A stretch of DNA of 64,000 nucleotides. Origin: Psammoneis japonica (lineage: Eukaryota). The stretch lies in NCBI GenBank assembly GCA_008632985.1, contig QPGO01000003.1, forward strand, positions 868,001-932,000, read 5' to 3'. A model generated the notes under the pieces. The model made no database searches. It worked only from the letters and a program-made list of their open reading frames with translations, and had not been told where the DNA came from. Positions 62,301-64,000 of the stretch are shown in pieces; positions within the stretch are counted from its first letter, which is position 1; every line of letters begins with the position of its first letter. Position numbers and translations under genes: made by a program.

Positions 62301-64000
62301 GGTGATCAGTGGCAGCCCCCAACCGCTGCAACACTGCTGTTGGCCTCGGGCCATTGGGCACTGCCTCTGCCCCTGCCGCATCCTTCTTTGCAGCTTTCTT
62401 CCTCCTTGTTGACTCATTGCATCATTGTCAGTTCCTTCAGTTGCCAGAATCGTGTGGTGCAACAGGTCTTCAAAGGAAGACCGGCTTTGCACAATTTCAA
62501 ACCTCTTTCTTGACACTCTGATGGTGACACTGCTTCCCCTCATCATGCATTTTTAACTGGCATTTCTTTCCAAAACAATCACATTTGGCAATGTTCATGG
62601 TTTTTTTTTTGAAAACAACATCCTTGGTTGCATTTGTTCAAATTCAAGAGATGAAATGTTCAGTTCAAACAGTGTGGTTAATTGTTGATGATGAACTTGA
62701 CATGCAACTTGATTGTTGCATTTGAAACTTTTAACCACACAGATTCATGCATGAACATCAATCCCTTTGAAGGGCTGAAGTTTGCACCCATGCACTCTTA
62801 ACCTCTGATTGCTGCTTGGCGCCAAAATTGATCTCCAGTCCACTTCTTCCACAGCGTCCTCCTTGAAATGGACAATGACAAAATTGCTGCACCTTTCCTT
62901 GCACGAGCAATCAGTCATGTGATCAAATGCATTTGTCACCTCACAAACACAACCAATGAAATGCTCGACATGATCATGATGGATCTTTTCTTTCTTCATT
63001 TTTAGATGATGTCTCCACCATTGTCTCTCCTTCTTGTCCCCACAATGACAGTTGGAATCCTCACCTGATTCCATTTTCTCAATGATCTCCAATGTCCAAT
63101 CATTGACCGCCCTTGGTGTCAATTCAAAGAACTCCAATTCATTGCACCGCCACAACCTGTGGGGTTTGTCTTGCATGAGTTGTTGCTCAAACAATTCCGC
63201 CAGCTTCCTGGCATCAAATGCAACACCCTTTCTCTCCACAACCAGTGAGTGCACACCTCCCAAACCATTGTCCAATGAAAGCAGTCCGCATCTCCCGCTT
63301 TGGTCCATTCCACAGGCAGGCAAGCCAATGGTTGAGTCTTCTCTCAATGCATCAACGTCTTGCTTGTCAATTGCCAAACAAAGCTTGCCCCCCCTTGACC
63401 CAGCAGCTAAAAGATCTAGCACCTCATTGTTGTGACAGTTGTTCGACCAAAAACGGTTTTCCTTGCCTGTCCGGGTGTGTTGCTGTTAAGCTCCAATGCT
63501 GCCGGGTTCTGTGAGCATTCCTTGCACGCTCAATGATCTCACTTGCATGCTCGTCATTGTTGTGAATGGAGAACATGGCGTGGGTGGCATGCATGTGTTC
63601 CCCCACTTCTTTGCTCCATTCCTGCATGTCCTCATGCACCTTGCTCATGATCCTGCCCTTGGTTTCCCACAATTCCTTCCATTTTTCCTTGACGGTTTGT
63701 TCTTCCCTCTCTGTGTTTTTCCAACAAATCTTCCAAATTCCATCAACAGATGGAGGGTCTTTGCCCAAGTCACTCCTTGAGATGCTGCTGCATGACCCAA
63801 TTAAACAAAACATGTCCATGCAGTCTCTTTGCAGGTGCGGGTCCCAGGAGTGTTCCTTCCTCCCCGTGCCAAACAAGCAACTTGGCTCTTCTCATCTCCA
63901 TCTTTTCTTCTTTTCTCTCTTGTTTCAGACTGTTCGCCTCTTCAAATTTCTTTGAGTGGTCATCAGGCCAGCGTGCCAGCAACAAATTGTTCTGGATGAC
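59130..64000. other. TA-depleted tract 8: old degenerate DNA, also CG-poor, with two related segments (~59660-60660 and ~62745-63950)
   Basis: Minus-strand remnants FFCLSPRTVNDWTMDLVKK vs FFELTPRAVNDWTLEIIEK and HQDRQGE vs HPDRQGK. Confidence 0.75.

Noticed and set aside
716..64000. Hundreds of short Cys/His-rich ORFs in all six frames of the TA-poor tracts, which could be read as metal-binding microproteins
   Set aside because: Explained by loss of TAA/TAG stops and gain of TGY/CAY codons; they overlap on both strands and have no family motifs.

Overview
Eukaryotic nuclear DNA, most likely a pennate diatom. This is inferred from short GT-AG introns, bipartite signal+F plastid presequences and a CoDi-type Copia element. 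The window alternates between two compartments. (1) Islands of ordinary host genes with normal TpA content: REase-kinase fusion, Deg protease, archaemetzincin-like peptidase, PDZ protein, beta-barrel-like protein, fucosyltransferase-like protein, PFKFB, Tat lumen protein, SLC35A transporter, GFA-like protein, EF-hand/CorA and an LRR protein. (2) About eight tracts, roughly 35-38 kb by eye, in which the dinucleotide TA is almost absent. These tracts hold the mobile elements: a full-length Copia with LTRs and TSD, two TRIMs with a tRNA-like core, MITEs, a TTAA-flanked TIR element, a Harbinger/ISL2EU-type transposase and a Crypton-like recombinase relic. Comparing repeat copies and conserved protein motifs shows that TA was converted to TG or CA (A:T to G:C on either strand) independently in each copy. 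This changes Tyr to Cys/His, for example RT YVDD to CVDD. The main candidate novel system is therefore a RIP-like, repeat-targeted genome-defence mutator of opposite chemistry to fungal RIP. No enzyme for it was recognised in this window. All counts and alignments were done by eye.
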